The notes under the pieces were generated by a model that saw only the letters and a program-made list of their open reading frames with translations, did not search any database and had not been told where the DNA came from. A DNA stretch of 64,000 nt from a virus, in IMG/VR virus record IMGVR_UViG_3300044675_005311, positions 8,653 to 72,652 of that record; one strand, written 5' to 3'. A program made the position numbers and the translations under genes. Positions 9,278-20,044 of this stretch are shown piece by piece (position 1 is the stretch's first letter; every line of letters begins with the position of its first letter).

Positions 9278-9382
9278 TTACTTCTTGTAGATGATGTAGC
9301 CGAGCAATCCGATAATTACAAGAGAGTGTACGTTAGAACCTCCCAAGAATTTGTCCGATTTGATGTCCAAAAAACCTGTCAT
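9278..9382 (-). CDS. 34-aa membrane peptide (not in ORF track)
   Basis: MTGFLDIKSDKFLGGSNVHSLVIIGLLGYIIYKK*; TM plus KK like the virion membrane proteins; A-rich upstream; terminator downstream. Confidence 0.65.
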   Translation of the reverse strand: MTGFLDIKSDKFLGGSNVHSLVIIGLLGYIIYKK

Positions 9383-9585
9383 ATTATTTCGTGTCAAATG
9401 ATTTATATTTGACATACAAATATGGTCAAACACAAATACAAATACGGCCACATTTTACGATATTATCATATAACTTAATGTTGATAAATTGCTAATCGTA
9501 CTATGTGATTGATATTCAAGAGAATTGTGATGTTGATAAACATATATAAGTGAAAACAAAAAATCGTAAAATCAACTAAAATCCA

Positions 9586-12500
9586 ATGGTTAAAAAATAT
9601 TTAAAGGGTGGCAAAAGCGAGGGTATGTCGCTAAGTGAAGTTGCAAAAGTTCACAATATGAATGCCGAGCAATTAAGACCCCAACTTCAAAAGGGAATTA
9701 AGCACGAACTTGAACACACGGACAAGATAACCGATGCACGAAGAATTGCCCTAGACCATTTGGTAGAGTTCCCCGATTATTACGACCGCTTGGATAAGAT
9801 TGAAAAGATGCACTTGGGCGGTGATATGTCAAAACACTTAGCACCCAACGGGAAACCTAGTAACCTTACACACGAGCAATGGCACTTGGTACGCACACCC
9901 GAATTTAAGAATTGGTTTGGGGATTGGGAAAACGACCCAAAGAACGCGAGTAAGGTTGTAGATGATAATGGTGAGCCGTTAGTGGTTTATAGAGGGGATA
10001 ATGCCAATGCTAAAAAAGGATTTGTTTTCAAAACGGGTTTCAATAGAATGGGATTTATTAATAAAGATAGATTGCCTAATCAATATTTCCATTATTTTGT
10101 AAACAACTATGATGTGGCTTTAGGTTATGGGCAAAATCAAATAGAAAGCCATAACGAAAAAGTTGAGGAAACGGGGAAAGGTAAATTGTGGGAAGCAAAA
10201 GTGACACCTTACTTTTTAAATATTCGGAATCTAATAGATATTACGCCTAATAATCCATCATTTCCCACTTTTAAAGAATTTGAGAATGAATTAAAAAATG
10301 AAATGGGGGAAGAGTGGTTTCAACATTGGAAATATCAACACCCTTATAATTATGGAACACGAATAAGCAATAGTTATTTGAATAAATTGTTTGAAGACAA
10401 GTTGGGTAAAGATTATTTAGAAGATAGGTACATTTCTAAATGGCAAAAGGAAGGATTCGCAAATAATAAAACAAATAAAGATTCATATGAATTTTTTATT
10501 GAATTTAAAAATAGGAGTTCTTCTAGCGATATTCTTAATAAAGTAGTTCGTAGTATGTTAGAAAAGAATGTTGATGGTCTTGTGTTTTTGGAATTAACTC
10601 ATTGGGATGGTGGATTTTGGGGCAATTATAAAAAATATGAATCGGGGGAATTAAAATATGATTACAAAAGATGGATAGAAAAGCCAAAAGTGTTTGCGAC
10701 TTTAAATTCCAATCAAATCAAGTTAGCCGATGGCACGAACACTACATTCGATGGTGAGAACCTCGATATTAGATATAAGCGTGGTGGACGCACAATATCG
10801 CAAACACCCGCACCCAAGTCGGATAGAGTCGTTGGTAGCAAAACAAACCCAAAAGGGAGTGCTAGTGATAGTAAACTAGGGAAATCAATTAAGTTCAACG
10901 ATAGCCTAGAAAAAGCCATCCAAAACAAAGTGGATGCGTATAACGAAAAGCATTCGAGCGACAAAGTGAGTTTGTCAACGGCTAAAGCGATTGTAAGGCG
11001 CGGTATGGGTGCATATTCGACATCACATAGACCAACCATAAGCGGAGGTGCGCCTAATAGTCGCCAAGCGTGGGGATTGGCTAGATTGAATAAGTTCTTG
11101 CTAAAAAAGGCGGGAGTGAAAGTGAAAAGTGCTTATATTCAAGATGATGATTTGTTGAAGTACGCCAATGGTGGCGAAGTAGTCGCAAAAAATGAGGATA
11201 TTCGTAGTAATTTTAATACAATGGACAAAGAAGTAAAACACACTATGGGAAAAGCGGGTGGCTATTTAGTTGGTCGTCGTCACACCGAAGGCGGTATAAA
11301 GGCAATGAACAAAGCAACGGGACAACCTTTGGAAATGGAGGGCGGTGAAGTTGTAATCACGCGCAATGCCGTGTCGGATTCAAAGACGAGAGAGTTTGAA
11401 GGGCAAATGCTAACAAACCGCGAAATTTTGTCAAAAATCAACGAGAGTGGTGGTGGTGTTTCTTTTGAAGACGGCGGTGAGGTGATGGTATGTGGCAACC
11501 AATACAACTATGGGGGTACTCTTATGTCCGACCACGATATATTGCATCAAATGGCCGTTGGTGGCGAATTAGATGATATGAATGAAATGGAGTTTGAGTA
11601 TGGCGGTGATGTATCGGATTTCAAACTAAAGAATAAGATTGTATTTCCAATCAACGATGTAGATAGCGCATATTATGTAAACATTTTTGAAGACCCTATG
11701 GACTTACAAATATTTAAGGTTGATGTAAGCGTTAGAGGTAGTGGAAGACCTATTTTTAAGGGATTTACAAAATGGTCAAAAGATGAGTTCGTATCGAAGA
11801 GAAGTTATCAATTCTACAACCGAAAAGATTTTTTGACTCTCATTGAACCGCAGGCGCAGACTTATGGGGTGATAACTCCAAGACCATTTACCCAAATACC
11901 AAAAAAATCTATGCTTATACCTAGGATGCCAAATACGAGGGCTATGTATGATAGGTTTACTTCAATTTTGGACGTTGGGATGCAAAATGTGCCATCTCAA
12001 TATAATACCGACGCTAAAACTAAATTTAATTGGCTTCTTGGTAATCCTACTTTCCAAGAGAATATTATCGAGTTTTTTGATGAGTGGGCAATACAAGAGC
12101 CGAACTTTATTTATGAAGAGGGTGTCAAAAAGAAAGTTGTCCGCGCTAAAAAAGAAGATAAGTTCCAATATGGTATTGAGTCTATAAAGTTTGGTAAAAG
12201 TTGGGAGGATGAATTGAAGCCTTACAACAATAAACTTGTAAAGAATGATGGTCAAAATTCATTGGTAAATTTACTTACAAAAGTAATTAAAGAATTTTAT
12301 CTAACCGATTTAACTAATCCTAATTTAAAATTATATGAAGATAGGACGATGGAAATACCCGTAAAAGAATTATCATTAATTCAAAAAAATGGGGGTGTTA
12401 AAATGGATTATGGTATAACGGCGGTTGGTTTGCGTAATATAGAAATGAGAACCACCGACCCCACAAGAAATAAATTACTTAATAAAAAATCGGGTTACAA

Positions 12501-14256
12501 TATTAAATTAGTCATAGATAATATTGAAGATTTAGGTGGCGCAAATATTTATTACTACCTATTTGATAAAATGGGTTATCAATATGGTAGCGGGGAATCT
12601 ACTTGGCAACAATGGTTTAAAAATGACAATATTGATTTTAACATAAAACTTTCTTTGGATGACTATTGTAGGGTGGTTGGGTATCTTTTGGCTAGATATT
12701 GTTATGAAAATGATTTACCCTCTATAAGACCAATATACAATATATCCGAAGAGCCTTTGATGATTGAGGATGTAAAAAATGTATTGGAATTTGATGACAC
12801 GGATTTAAACGTATATCAAGGGAGTCAATTTGGAGCGTGGCTTGCCATTTGTGTGCTTTATTATAGAGCCAATTATGTGAGCCAAACATCAAAGGCTAAA
12901 ACGAGCGCGGATGTCCGTATTGCCCAAAGTTTGAAAGTTGGTGATAAGGTTGAAATTTCCGAGCAAGAAATGAATGCAATTGGTTTTGATGGATTAGATG
13001 AGAATGGCGAATTGTTGAAAGGAGAGGTAATTGGAATCCGTTCCGTACCCGCAATGATGCGACCCGTAAATCCCGAAGGCAAAATGTACACGATTCGGTA
13101 TTATGTACAAGACCCCAATGGGACTCTTAAAAACGATTGGGAGGGCAAAGATTTGGTATTGCTAGAGCCTAGTGATGTTGTACAATTGGAAGGAGAGCCA
13201 ACGAGTACTAAAAAACAACCCGTTGGTAAAAACAAAAAAGCCTTGGGTAACTTGAGTGAGTTGGATAAAAATATTTACGACTTGCAATATCTTATTTCAA
13301 TGACTTCGGATTTTGACTTTGAGGTAAAGTTACAATTACGTCAACAATTGACCGAGTTCCAAAAGTTGAAAGATATTATGTATGCTTCCGAAAATTCCGA
13401 ACAATTGATGAAGACTACAAGTCCTAATTATGACGGCAAATACGCGGTCGCCATTATTGAAACGATGTTTAATGCCGATAGTATCACGCTAGATGAAAGA
13501 CCCAACTATTCACTTCCTAAAGCGGATGGATTTCAACCCAATGGCAACGAAACTTTATTGAATCAAACCAACTTCAATCTTATTCAAACACCAATGTTCA
13601 AAGAGTGGTTCGGTGATTATTTGAATGCGTATGATTTCAAAGGATTGAGCGGTTATGATAATATCATTCCCGTAAGTAAAACATTGACGGATGGGTATGA
13701 GCCATTGGTCGTTTATCAAGGATTAGGGAGGGTGTTTGAAAGACAAAGGTTTGACTCTTTCCCAACTTCTTATTTTGCGGTGAATCCCAATTATGCGGAA
13801 TGGTTTGCAACTACAAAAGGACAACGCACTCAAACCGATGGGTATGTGCTACCTTTCTTTTTGAATGTTAGAAACCCTTTAGATTTTACCTATTTTGGAA
13901 TTGACAAAGTAGCACCGAAAGACTTCTTTGATTACCTATTTGTCAAGACGGGTCAAACACCCGAACAACTAGGATTTGATGCTAGGTTCTTGCAACCAAA
14001 TGTGCCACCGATGGAAATATGGGCATATATTAGAAACTCCCCAAATGCAATTACGGCTATTGCAAAGCAAGGTATTTACGATGGATTTCATTTTTATGAA
14101 AATAACCCACAAGCGAGTGGCAATCAATATCAAACCGAAGTATGGACTACGTTCTTTTCAAATCAAGCAAAACTTGCAAGTGACCAACGAAGCAAAATGT
14201 TATATTCCGCCAACCAAGGTTTCTTAATGGCTAAAGGAGGCTTAGTAAAAAAATAA
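9586..14256 (+). CDS. Large polyvalent protein: DUF5661-like, ART-PolyVal-like ADP-ribosyltransferase x2, other modules, xxGG linkers
   Basis: GIKHELEH...ALDHL...DYY; two copies of F(K)xWFGD...EPLVVYxG...FLNxRN...DG...NQxK; RRGMGAY...HRP...AWGLARLN; GRRHTEGGI...EMEGGEVVI. Confidence 0.75.
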   Translation: MVKKYLKGGKSEGMSLSEVAKVHNMNAEQLRPQLQKGIKHELEHTDKITDARRIALDHLVEFPDYYDRLDKIEKMHLGGDMSKHLAPNGKPSNLTHEQWHLVRTPEFKNWFGDWENDPKNASKVVDDNGEPLVVYRGDNANAKKGFVFKTGFNRMGFINKDRLPNQYFHYFVNNYDVALGYGQNQIESHNEKVEETGKGKLWEAKVTPYFLNIRNLIDITPNNPSFPTFKEFENELKNEMGEEWFQHWKYQHPYNYGTRISNSYLNKLFEDKLGKDYLEDRYISKWQKEGFANNKTNKDSYEFFIEFKNRSSSSDILNKVVRSMLEKNVDGLVFLELTHWDGGFWGNYKKYESGELKYDYKRWIEKPKVFATLNSNQIKLADGTNTTFDGENLDIRYKRGGRTISQTPAPKSDRVVGSKTNPKGSASDSKLGKSIKFNDSLEKAIQNKVDAYNEKHSSDKVSLSTAKAIVRRGMGAYSTSHRPTISGGAPNSRQAWGLARLNKFLLKKAGVKVKSAYIQDDDLLKYANGGEVVAKNEDIRSNFNTMDKEVKHTMGKAGGYLVGRRHTEGGIKAMNKATGQPLEMEGGEVVITRNAVSDSKTREFEGQMLTNREILSKINESGGGVSFEDGGEVMVCGNQYNYGGTLMSDHDILHQMAVGGELDDMNEMEFEYGGDVSDFKLKNKIVFPINDVDSAYYVNIFEDPMDLQIFKVDVSVRGSGRPIFKGFTKWSKDEFVSKRSYQFYNRKDFLTLIEPQAQTYGVITPRPFTQIPKKSMLIPRMPNTRAMYDRFTSILDVGMQNVPSQYNTDAKTKFNWLLGNPTFQENIIEFFDEWAIQEPNFIYEEGVKKKVVRAKKEDKFQYGIESIKFGKSWEDELKPYNNKLVKNDGQNSLVNLLTKVIKEFYLTDLTNPNLKLYEDRTMEIPVKELSLIQKNGGVKMDYGITAVGLRNIEMRTTDPTRNKLLNKKSGYNIKLVIDNIEDLGGANIYYYLFDKMGYQYGSGESTWQQWFKNDNIDFNIKLSLDDYCRVVGYLLARYCYENDLPSIRPIYNISEEPLMIEDVKNVLEFDDTDLNVYQGSQFGAWLAICVLYYRANYVSQTSKAKTSADVRIAQSLKVGDKVEISEQEMNAIGFDGLDENGELLKGEVIGIRSVPAMMRPVNPEGKMYTIRYYVQDPNGTLKNDWEGKDLVLLEPSDVVQLEGEPTSTKKQPVGKNKKALGNLSELDKNIYDLQYLISMTSDFDFEVKLQLRQQLTEFQKLKDIMYASENSEQLMKTTSPNYDGKYAVAIIETMFNADSITLDERPNYSLPKADGFQPNGNETLLNQTNFNLIQTPMFKEWFGDYLNAYDFKGLSGYDNIIPVSKTLTDGYEPLVVYQGLGRVFERQRFDSFPTSYFAVNPNYAEWFATTKGQRTQTDGYVLPFFLNVRNPLDFTYFGIDKVAPKDFFDYLFVKTGQTPEQLGFDARFLQPNVPPMEIWAYIRNSPNAITAIAKQGIYDGFHFYENNPQASGNQYQTEVWTTFFSNQAKLASDQRSKMLYSANQGFLMAKGGLVKK

Positions 14257-14259
14257 ATT

Positions 14260-16656
14260 ATGTTACTAGATAAAAACAATATCGAGTCGGCTATCGTATC
14301 GTACACCCTTGATGGGTTTTCAATGACGGCGAAAGTATGGACTTATGACAACAAGGCTACAATTTTTGTTCTTGACAAAGACGCAAAGTATAATCAAGAC
14401 TTTTACTATGTCCTCAAGGGCGGTGCGCCCGATGCGGGAACTAGCGTTGAATCACTAAATGCCGAGGTATTTAGCAATCCATTTGATGCGTATAATAGGT
14501 TTCAAGATTTATTGAATGAGCAAGATTCTCAAACGCCACCACCGCCACCACCACCCGAAGACCAAAAGATACCAATTATCTTAAAGACCAAAAAGACCAA
14601 CGAATTTGAAATTCGCGAAGTTAATGGTTTAATGGAGGTCGGTGATGATGTCTTGGGTAATGGATTTATTCAAGAAGACAAAAAAATAAATTTCAAAAGT
14701 GAAGATGTTTTTGAAACTCAAATTTTTATTGCGGGGGAATCTACGGAGGCGATATTAATTAAAGCACCTCAATTAGATACTAATGGTAAGGATGCTTATT
14801 TTCTTATCCCAAAACAACCACAACCGCCCGAACCACAAACAATACTTCTTAAAAACCCTACTACGAACGAAGTTCAACTTAGAGAGGTGAATGAGAGTGG
14901 CGTTGTCGGTACTCAAAATATGGGTAATGGTTTCATTGTTGACCCTACCCTAATTAACCTTGCTAGTGAGGACACGTTTACAACTCAATTGTACGTTGGG
15001 GGACAACCTATGGATGTTACGTTGATTAGAAATGCGTCGATGGACACAAATGGTATGGATGCTTATGTGATGTCACAATCACCACCACCACCACCACCAC
15101 CGCCAAAACAAACTATTGTATTAAAGAATCCTACTACCAACGAAGTTCAACTTAGAGAGGTTGATGAAAATGGTGTAGTGGAAAGTCAAAATATGGGTAA
15201 TGCTTTCATTGTTCAACCAATGAGGATGGACTTAGCAAGTGAGGACACGTTTACTACTCAATTATATTTTGCGGGACAACCGATGGATGTTAATTTAGTT
15301 AGAAACGCATCATTTGACACGGATGGTATGGATGCCTATATGATGTCCGAAACACCACCACCCGAAGAGAAAAATGTAATTCTAAAAAACCCTCTTACAA
15401 ATGAAGTTCAAATTCGTGAGGTCGATGATAACAATGTCGTAAGTAACCAAATCAAAGCAAACGGATTTTTACTAGCACCAAGTCGCGTTAATTTAAGTAG
15501 CGACCCCACTTTTCAAACTCAATTGTATGTAAATGGACAACCAAGCGATGTAGAATTGGTTAGAACGCCATCGTTCGACACCGATGGTATGGATGCTTAT
15601 TCAATATCCGCAACTCCTCCACCCGAAGAGAAAAATGTAATTCTAAAAAACCCATTATCAAATCAAGTCCAAATTCGCGAGGTAGATGATAACAATGTCG
15701 TTAGCAATCAAATCAAAGCAAACGGATTTATCGTTCAAAATGGAGTTATGAGATTGGCTAGCGAGAATCAATTTGACACTCAATTGTATATCAATTCACA
15801 ATCCAATGATGTCAAGTTGGAAAGAACGCCATCGCTTGACACCGATGGTATGGATGCCTATCTTGTAGCAAGCAATGAAAAAACTAGCATTATCTTAAAA
15901 AATCCCGCCACTAATGAAGTTCAAATTAGGGAAGTTGATGAAGATGGTAATGTTACAAATGAAATTTTGGGTAATGGATTTATCGTACAACCAATGAGAA
16001 CACCGCTTGTTAGTGAAGATGAATTTGACACCCAATTATATATCAATGGTCAATCTAGTGATGTAAAATTGATTAAATCTTCGTCGTTTGATACCGATGG
16101 TTTGGATGCTTATCTTATCGAAGGTGATGGTGAGCCGAAAGAGAAAAAGCGTACAATTTTATTGAAAGATAAAACAACGAATGAGGGTCAATTTAGGGAA
16201 TTACAAGAAGATGGCGAGATAGGTAATGATATTTTAGCACAAGCATTTATTACCCAACCAAACCGAATGAATCTTGCAAGTGAAGACCGATTTGAAACGC
16301 AATTGTATGTGCAAGGTGAAACTTTGGAAGCGGTTTTAATCAAAAATACACTTTACGACAAAGATGGTATGGATGGTTATTCGGTTATGGTAGAGGGAGA
16401 TAAAAAAGACCCTACGGGGAAAAGTGGAGGCCCTCCACCCGATATTGAAAATGAAATTTTAAGCGATAGGGTTCGTATTATAAGTGAAGTAAGTGGTATT
16501 GACCAAGATATAGTAAAAAATAACTTTAGAAATGTTAATTTAGCGGTGAATTTCTTATCGGGAATAAATTTCAAAGAATTGCAAAATCGTTTGAACACCG
16601 ACAAGACCGCATACCAATTAGCGCAAGAGGTTGCACAAGAAATAAGAAATTCGTAA
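14260..16656 (+). CDS. Protein with seven tandem ~85-90-aa beta-rich repeats and poly-Pro linkers
   Basis: Repeat ILKNPxTNEVQ(I/L)REV...GNGFI...F.TQLY..GQ...DTDGMDAY. Confidence 0.8.
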   Translation: MLLDKNNIESAIVSYTLDGFSMTAKVWTYDNKATIFVLDKDAKYNQDFYYVLKGGAPDAGTSVESLNAEVFSNPFDAYNRFQDLLNEQDSQTPPPPPPPEDQKIPIILKTKKTNEFEIREVNGLMEVGDDVLGNGFIQEDKKINFKSEDVFETQIFIAGESTEAILIKAPQLDTNGKDAYFLIPKQPQPPEPQTILLKNPTTNEVQLREVNESGVVGTQNMGNGFIVDPTLINLASEDTFTTQLYVGGQPMDVTLIRNASMDTNGMDAYVMSQSPPPPPPPPKQTIVLKNPTTNEVQLREVDENGVVESQNMGNAFIVQPMRMDLASEDTFTTQLYFAGQPMDVNLVRNASFDTDGMDAYMMSETPPPEEKNVILKNPLTNEVQIREVDDNNVVSNQIKANGFLLAPSRVNLSSDPTFQTQLYVNGQPSDVELVRTPSFDTDGMDAYSISATPPPEEKNVILKNPLSNQVQIREVDDNNVVSNQIKANGFIVQNGVMRLASENQFDTQLYINSQSNDVKLERTPSLDTDGMDAYLVASNEKTSIILKNPATNEVQIREVDEDGNVTNEILGNGFIVQPMRTPLVSEDEFDTQLYINGQSSDVKLIKSSSFDTDGLDAYLIEGDGEPKEKKRTILLKDKTTNEGQFRELQEDGEIGNDILAQAFITQPNRMNLASEDRFETQLYVQGETLEAVLIKNTLYDKDGMDGYSVMVEGDKKDPTGKSGGPPPDIENEILSDRVRIISEVSGIDQDIVKNNFRNVNLAVNFLSGINFKELQNRLNTDKTAYQLAQEVAQEIRNS
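14572..16395 (+). repeat. Seven-fold intragenic tandem repeat (~260-285 bp units)
   Basis: DNA-level similarity, e.g. CCCGAAGAGAAAAATGTAATTCTAAAAAACCC at about 15361 and 15622. Confidence 0.8.
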
Positions 16657-16673
16657 AAAGTAAAAAAACACAA

Positions 16674-18065
16674 ATGGATAATCAATCAAACATAGCGAGA
16701 TTAGAGGATTTGGCAAAAAATTCTCCCGTTCCTTTAGTTCGTGAACAAGCACAAAAAGAATTAGACAAACTTGCCTCCATAGGTAGCGTTCAAGTTCAAT
16801 CCGTAAATGCGGGTGTAACGGGTTTAGACCCCGATGTACAAGCCGTTTTGGATGCCTTGAATATGGCCGTGCAAGGGGGTGGAGTAGCCAACATCAATGA
16901 TATTCGCCAAGTCGTAATAGATGAGTTAGCAAAACGAAAAATCAATTTCAATGATTTGTCCGATAGCCTTAAAGCATTGCTTAATTCTACTCGTAAAGTA
17001 GAATTGACCATTCGTAATATTGCCTCGGTTCAAACTACCACAACGACAAGTAATGATTTCTTGACGCGTCCTATCATTCAAAAGATTTTGAGTGATATGC
17101 AAGCGGAGAACAACGTGTATTTGTATGGTGGCGCGGGTACGGGAAAGACATTTAGTGCGGGGGGTATTGCCAAATTGTTGGGTTGGTCAATCATTACAAT
17201 CAATTGTAACCAATTTACATCGCCAATTGATATTATCGGTGGTCAAACCATTGATGGTTATCAAGAGGGTAAATTCACTATGGCGTGGTCGAATGAAATT
17301 ATTGACGACAACGGCAATATGAAAAAAGTAGATGGTTGCGTATTGCTATTGGATGAGTTGCCAAAAATTGACCCCAACACGGCGGGTTTGTTGAACGAAG
17401 GTTTAGCCAAAATCAAAGAATACGACTATGACCCGAATACGGGTACACGAATTCCTCCAAGCATTTTGAATGGTAGGGGCGAGAGAAAATACTTGGGTAA
17501 TTGTTTCATAATGGCTGCGGGTAACGTACCACTAAATACCATTGACCCCGATTACGAAGCCAACTTTAAGCAAGATTTGTCTTTGCAAGATAGATTCATC
17601 GGTAGTACATATAAAGTGTTTGTGGATTACTCTTATGAGTTTAGTTCAATTATGAAAGGTTATGCGTTCATTTGGATTTTTGGCACAAAACTTCGTGAGG
17701 CTATCATTCGTTTGAATGCAACAAACCAAGCGTTTGTTTCTATTCGTTTGATGCAAAACTTAAAGGCTACTTATGATGTTTATCGTATTGAAAAAGAGAA
17801 AAATGATAAGGGTATGGCGACGACAATTACAAGCCCGAAAACAATCATAGACTCTCTTAATACTTTCTTTGAATTGTTCAAACCATCCACCCGTTCCGCA
17901 CTATTAGCCGAATTGGATATTGACGGATTTAAGCGCGTTGTAGCCGAAAAAGATAAAATGCCGTTTGACAAAAAAGCACCTGACTTTAACACCCCATCGG
18001 AGGTGCAAGAGGCACAACAAATGATTTCCAATTACGAAGCGACACAACTTTCTAGAGTTATCTAA
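16674..18065 (+). CDS. MoxR/CbbQ-like AAA+ ATPase
   Basis: Walker A GGAGTGKT, Walker B LLLDE, AAGN sensor, QDLSLQDRF Arg finger, SIR. Confidence 0.85.
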   Translation: MDNQSNIARLEDLAKNSPVPLVREQAQKELDKLASIGSVQVQSVNAGVTGLDPDVQAVLDALNMAVQGGGVANINDIRQVVIDELAKRKINFNDLSDSLKALLNSTRKVELTIRNIASVQTTTTTSNDFLTRPIIQKILSDMQAENNVYLYGGAGTGKTFSAGGIAKLLGWSIITINCNQFTSPIDIIGGQTIDGYQEGKFTMAWSNEIIDDNGNMKKVDGCVLLLDELPKIDPNTAGLLNEGLAKIKEYDYDPNTGTRIPPSILNGRGERKYLGNCFIMAAGNVPLNTIDPDYEANFKQDLSLQDRFIGSTYKVFVDYSYEFSSIMKGYAFIWIFGTKLREAIIRLNATNQAFVSIRLMQNLKATYDVYRIEKEKNDKGMATTITSPKTIIDSLNTFFELFKPSTRSALLAELDIDGFKRVVAEKDKMPFDKKAPDFNTPSEVQEAQQMISNYEATQLSRVI

Positions 18066-19714
18066 TGGGATTTTTTAGTAGTTGGAGAGGCTTGCCCGTA
18101 TTTTGTTGGGCGTATGACACGCCCGAAGCGTGGCAAGATGCGTTTGGCAAAGATTTGTATAAAGATAGAATAAAGGATTACTCTAAAGTTTATGATGCCG
18201 AAATAGCACCTATTCTTTTTGAAATGGGAATGAAGTTTAACTTGGGTGGTGAGCAAGACAAAAGTCGTCTTGAAACAACATCAAGGCCCATAGGTGTATT
18301 TGATTTTTCGTTGGCGAGTAAAGGACTATATCGTGTTCAAGAATATTACTCTCAAGAACTTGCCATAGACCATCCCAATTTATTTGATACATTTGAATTG
18401 CCGTCGGGAATTGTGCCACCCAATTTAGTCGACAATATTACGATAGGCGGTGTTAAGAATTTTGTTTATAACCACAATGGTAAAATGTATGTTCTTGACA
18501 AAAGGCAAAAAGGCACAACCGCTATCAATGATGGAGAAAAAGATGCTAAATTAAAATTTGCCACATCTACTAAAGACGTTTATTTGAAATTTAAACGTGT
18601 TGGTGGTAAAGTAAAGTATGCGGAAATTTATTCTTTATTTTACTATACAAGCCTTGATGGTAATGATGAATTTGCTATAAGACACCTACCCGCATTGATG
18701 ACGGCCGAATACTTTGAAAGTATGGGTATTAAGACACGTGTTTATATGACAAGATTTTGCAACCCCGAAGAAACGGGTACATTACGTCAAAATGATTTGC
18801 TAACAAATGCCGAGTTACCTATGTACACTCAACAAGTAAATTATAGTGGCTCGTCGCGATTTGACGACGAGATTATTTTCGCACCGATTATAGTTAAAGA
18901 TTTTGGTCAAGAACTCGATTGGAAGTCTTGTTTAGTGGTTAGTCAAAATGACTCGCACGCAATTTACGATGGCGTAGTAAAGAATATGTTGAGGAACGAA
19001 ATTGATGGTAGAATTATTTCACCTTATGGTAGCCCCGACCAAACTCAAGAAAGATATCTAGAAGCATTTGCAAGGTACAAGGAGAAATACCAATTGTATG
19101 TAAAAGCGGGGATTTGGAAGAGTAAAGAAATTCAAGAGGACTCTCAATTATTGTTTCACTCACAAAGTATTAGACGACATTTGTCGGATGTTAGGGATAG
19201 TATGCAACGCGCATACTCCAATAATAATAAAAATCAAGTACGAAGGTGGAAAGACATTCTTGAAGGAAGCGTAGTTGCAAGAACTTTTTTTGAATGGTGG
19301 ATGAAAACCGCTGCGGGTCGTTGTCGTGACACCCTTATGATTATGAATGCAAAAGAGCCACGCAAAGAAATGCAAAAGGTCATTGATGAATTAAAGGCTA
19401 GAATTGATGACATTAATTCTTATTTGCTAATTGTTGTTCCTCAAACCTATGCAACTAATAATGCGAAAAATGATTTAGAGAAAGAAATTGCTAGAATAAT
19501 AGTCCAAAATGATTTCGTTAAAGAAATTCTTCAAAGTGAGGGATTGATGATGGATTTTAATGGAGAATACAAATATGAAACCTATTTGAACCGAATTATT
19601 ACCGACGCTACTACCTATGCGAGTAACCCTTTGTTTGCAACCGATGATGATACGATAGAGCGATTGAATGAAAGAGCGGATTTATTGTATAACGACATTA
19701 AGTTAAGGAGTTAA
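18065..19714 (+). CDS. Probable AAA+ partner protein (degenerate VWA-like?)
   Basis: TAATG-coupled to MoxR AAA; AEYFESMGIKTRVY segment; no clear MIDAS motif. Confidence 0.45.
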   Translation: MGFFSSWRGLPVFCWAYDTPEAWQDAFGKDLYKDRIKDYSKVYDAEIAPILFEMGMKFNLGGEQDKSRLETTSRPIGVFDFSLASKGLYRVQEYYSQELAIDHPNLFDTFELPSGIVPPNLVDNITIGGVKNFVYNHNGKMYVLDKRQKGTTAINDGEKDAKLKFATSTKDVYLKFKRVGGKVKYAEIYSLFYYTSLDGNDEFAIRHLPALMTAEYFESMGIKTRVYMTRFCNPEETGTLRQNDLLTNAELPMYTQQVNYSGSSRFDDEIIFAPIIVKDFGQELDWKSCLVVSQNDSHAIYDGVVKNMLRNEIDGRIISPYGSPDQTQERYLEAFARYKEKYQLYVKAGIWKSKEIQEDSQLLFHSQSIRRHLSDVRDSMQRAYSNNNKNQVRRWKDILEGSVVARTFFEWWMKTAAGRCRDTLMIMNAKEPRKEMQKVIDELKARIDDINSYLLIVVPQTYATNNAKNDLEKEIARIIVQNDFVKEILQSEGLMMDFNGEYKYETYLNRIITDATTYASNPLFATDDDTIERLNERADLLYNDIKLRS

Positions 19715-19732
19715 AAAATATAATTAAACACT

Positions 19733-20044
19733 ATGGAAATTACCCAAGTACAAGAATTAGGATTAAAAAAGTTGATGGCAAATATTGCCACATTTTCTAA
19801 TCTATATGGTAGCATTACCAATTTGATGATAATGACCAACCCAAGTTTTTCCACATCAATTTTTGTGAAATATGATAAGCAATTTGGATTGGTAAAAGAT
19901 AGAAGGCTAGAAATAAACATTGTCGAAATAAACGATAGGGGTGAAATTGTGGTTTTGAACGATGTATTTAAAGGGATATATGAGCGGTACACATTCTTAG
20001 GTGAGTGCTTACCGATTGAAGCAAACGAACTAATTGTAATGTAA
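19733..20044 (+). CDS. Hypothetical protein
   Basis: In-operon ORF with A-rich upstream. Confidence 0.6.
   Translation: MEITQVQELGLKKLMANIATFSNLYGSITNLMIMTNPSFSTSIFVKYDKQFGLVKDRRLEINIVEINDRGEIVVLNDVFKGIYERYTFLGECLPIEANELIVM

Noticed and set aside
15081-15105. CCA microsatellite as a phase-variation tract
   Set aside because: Triplet unit encodes a poly-Pro linker; slippage keeps the frame
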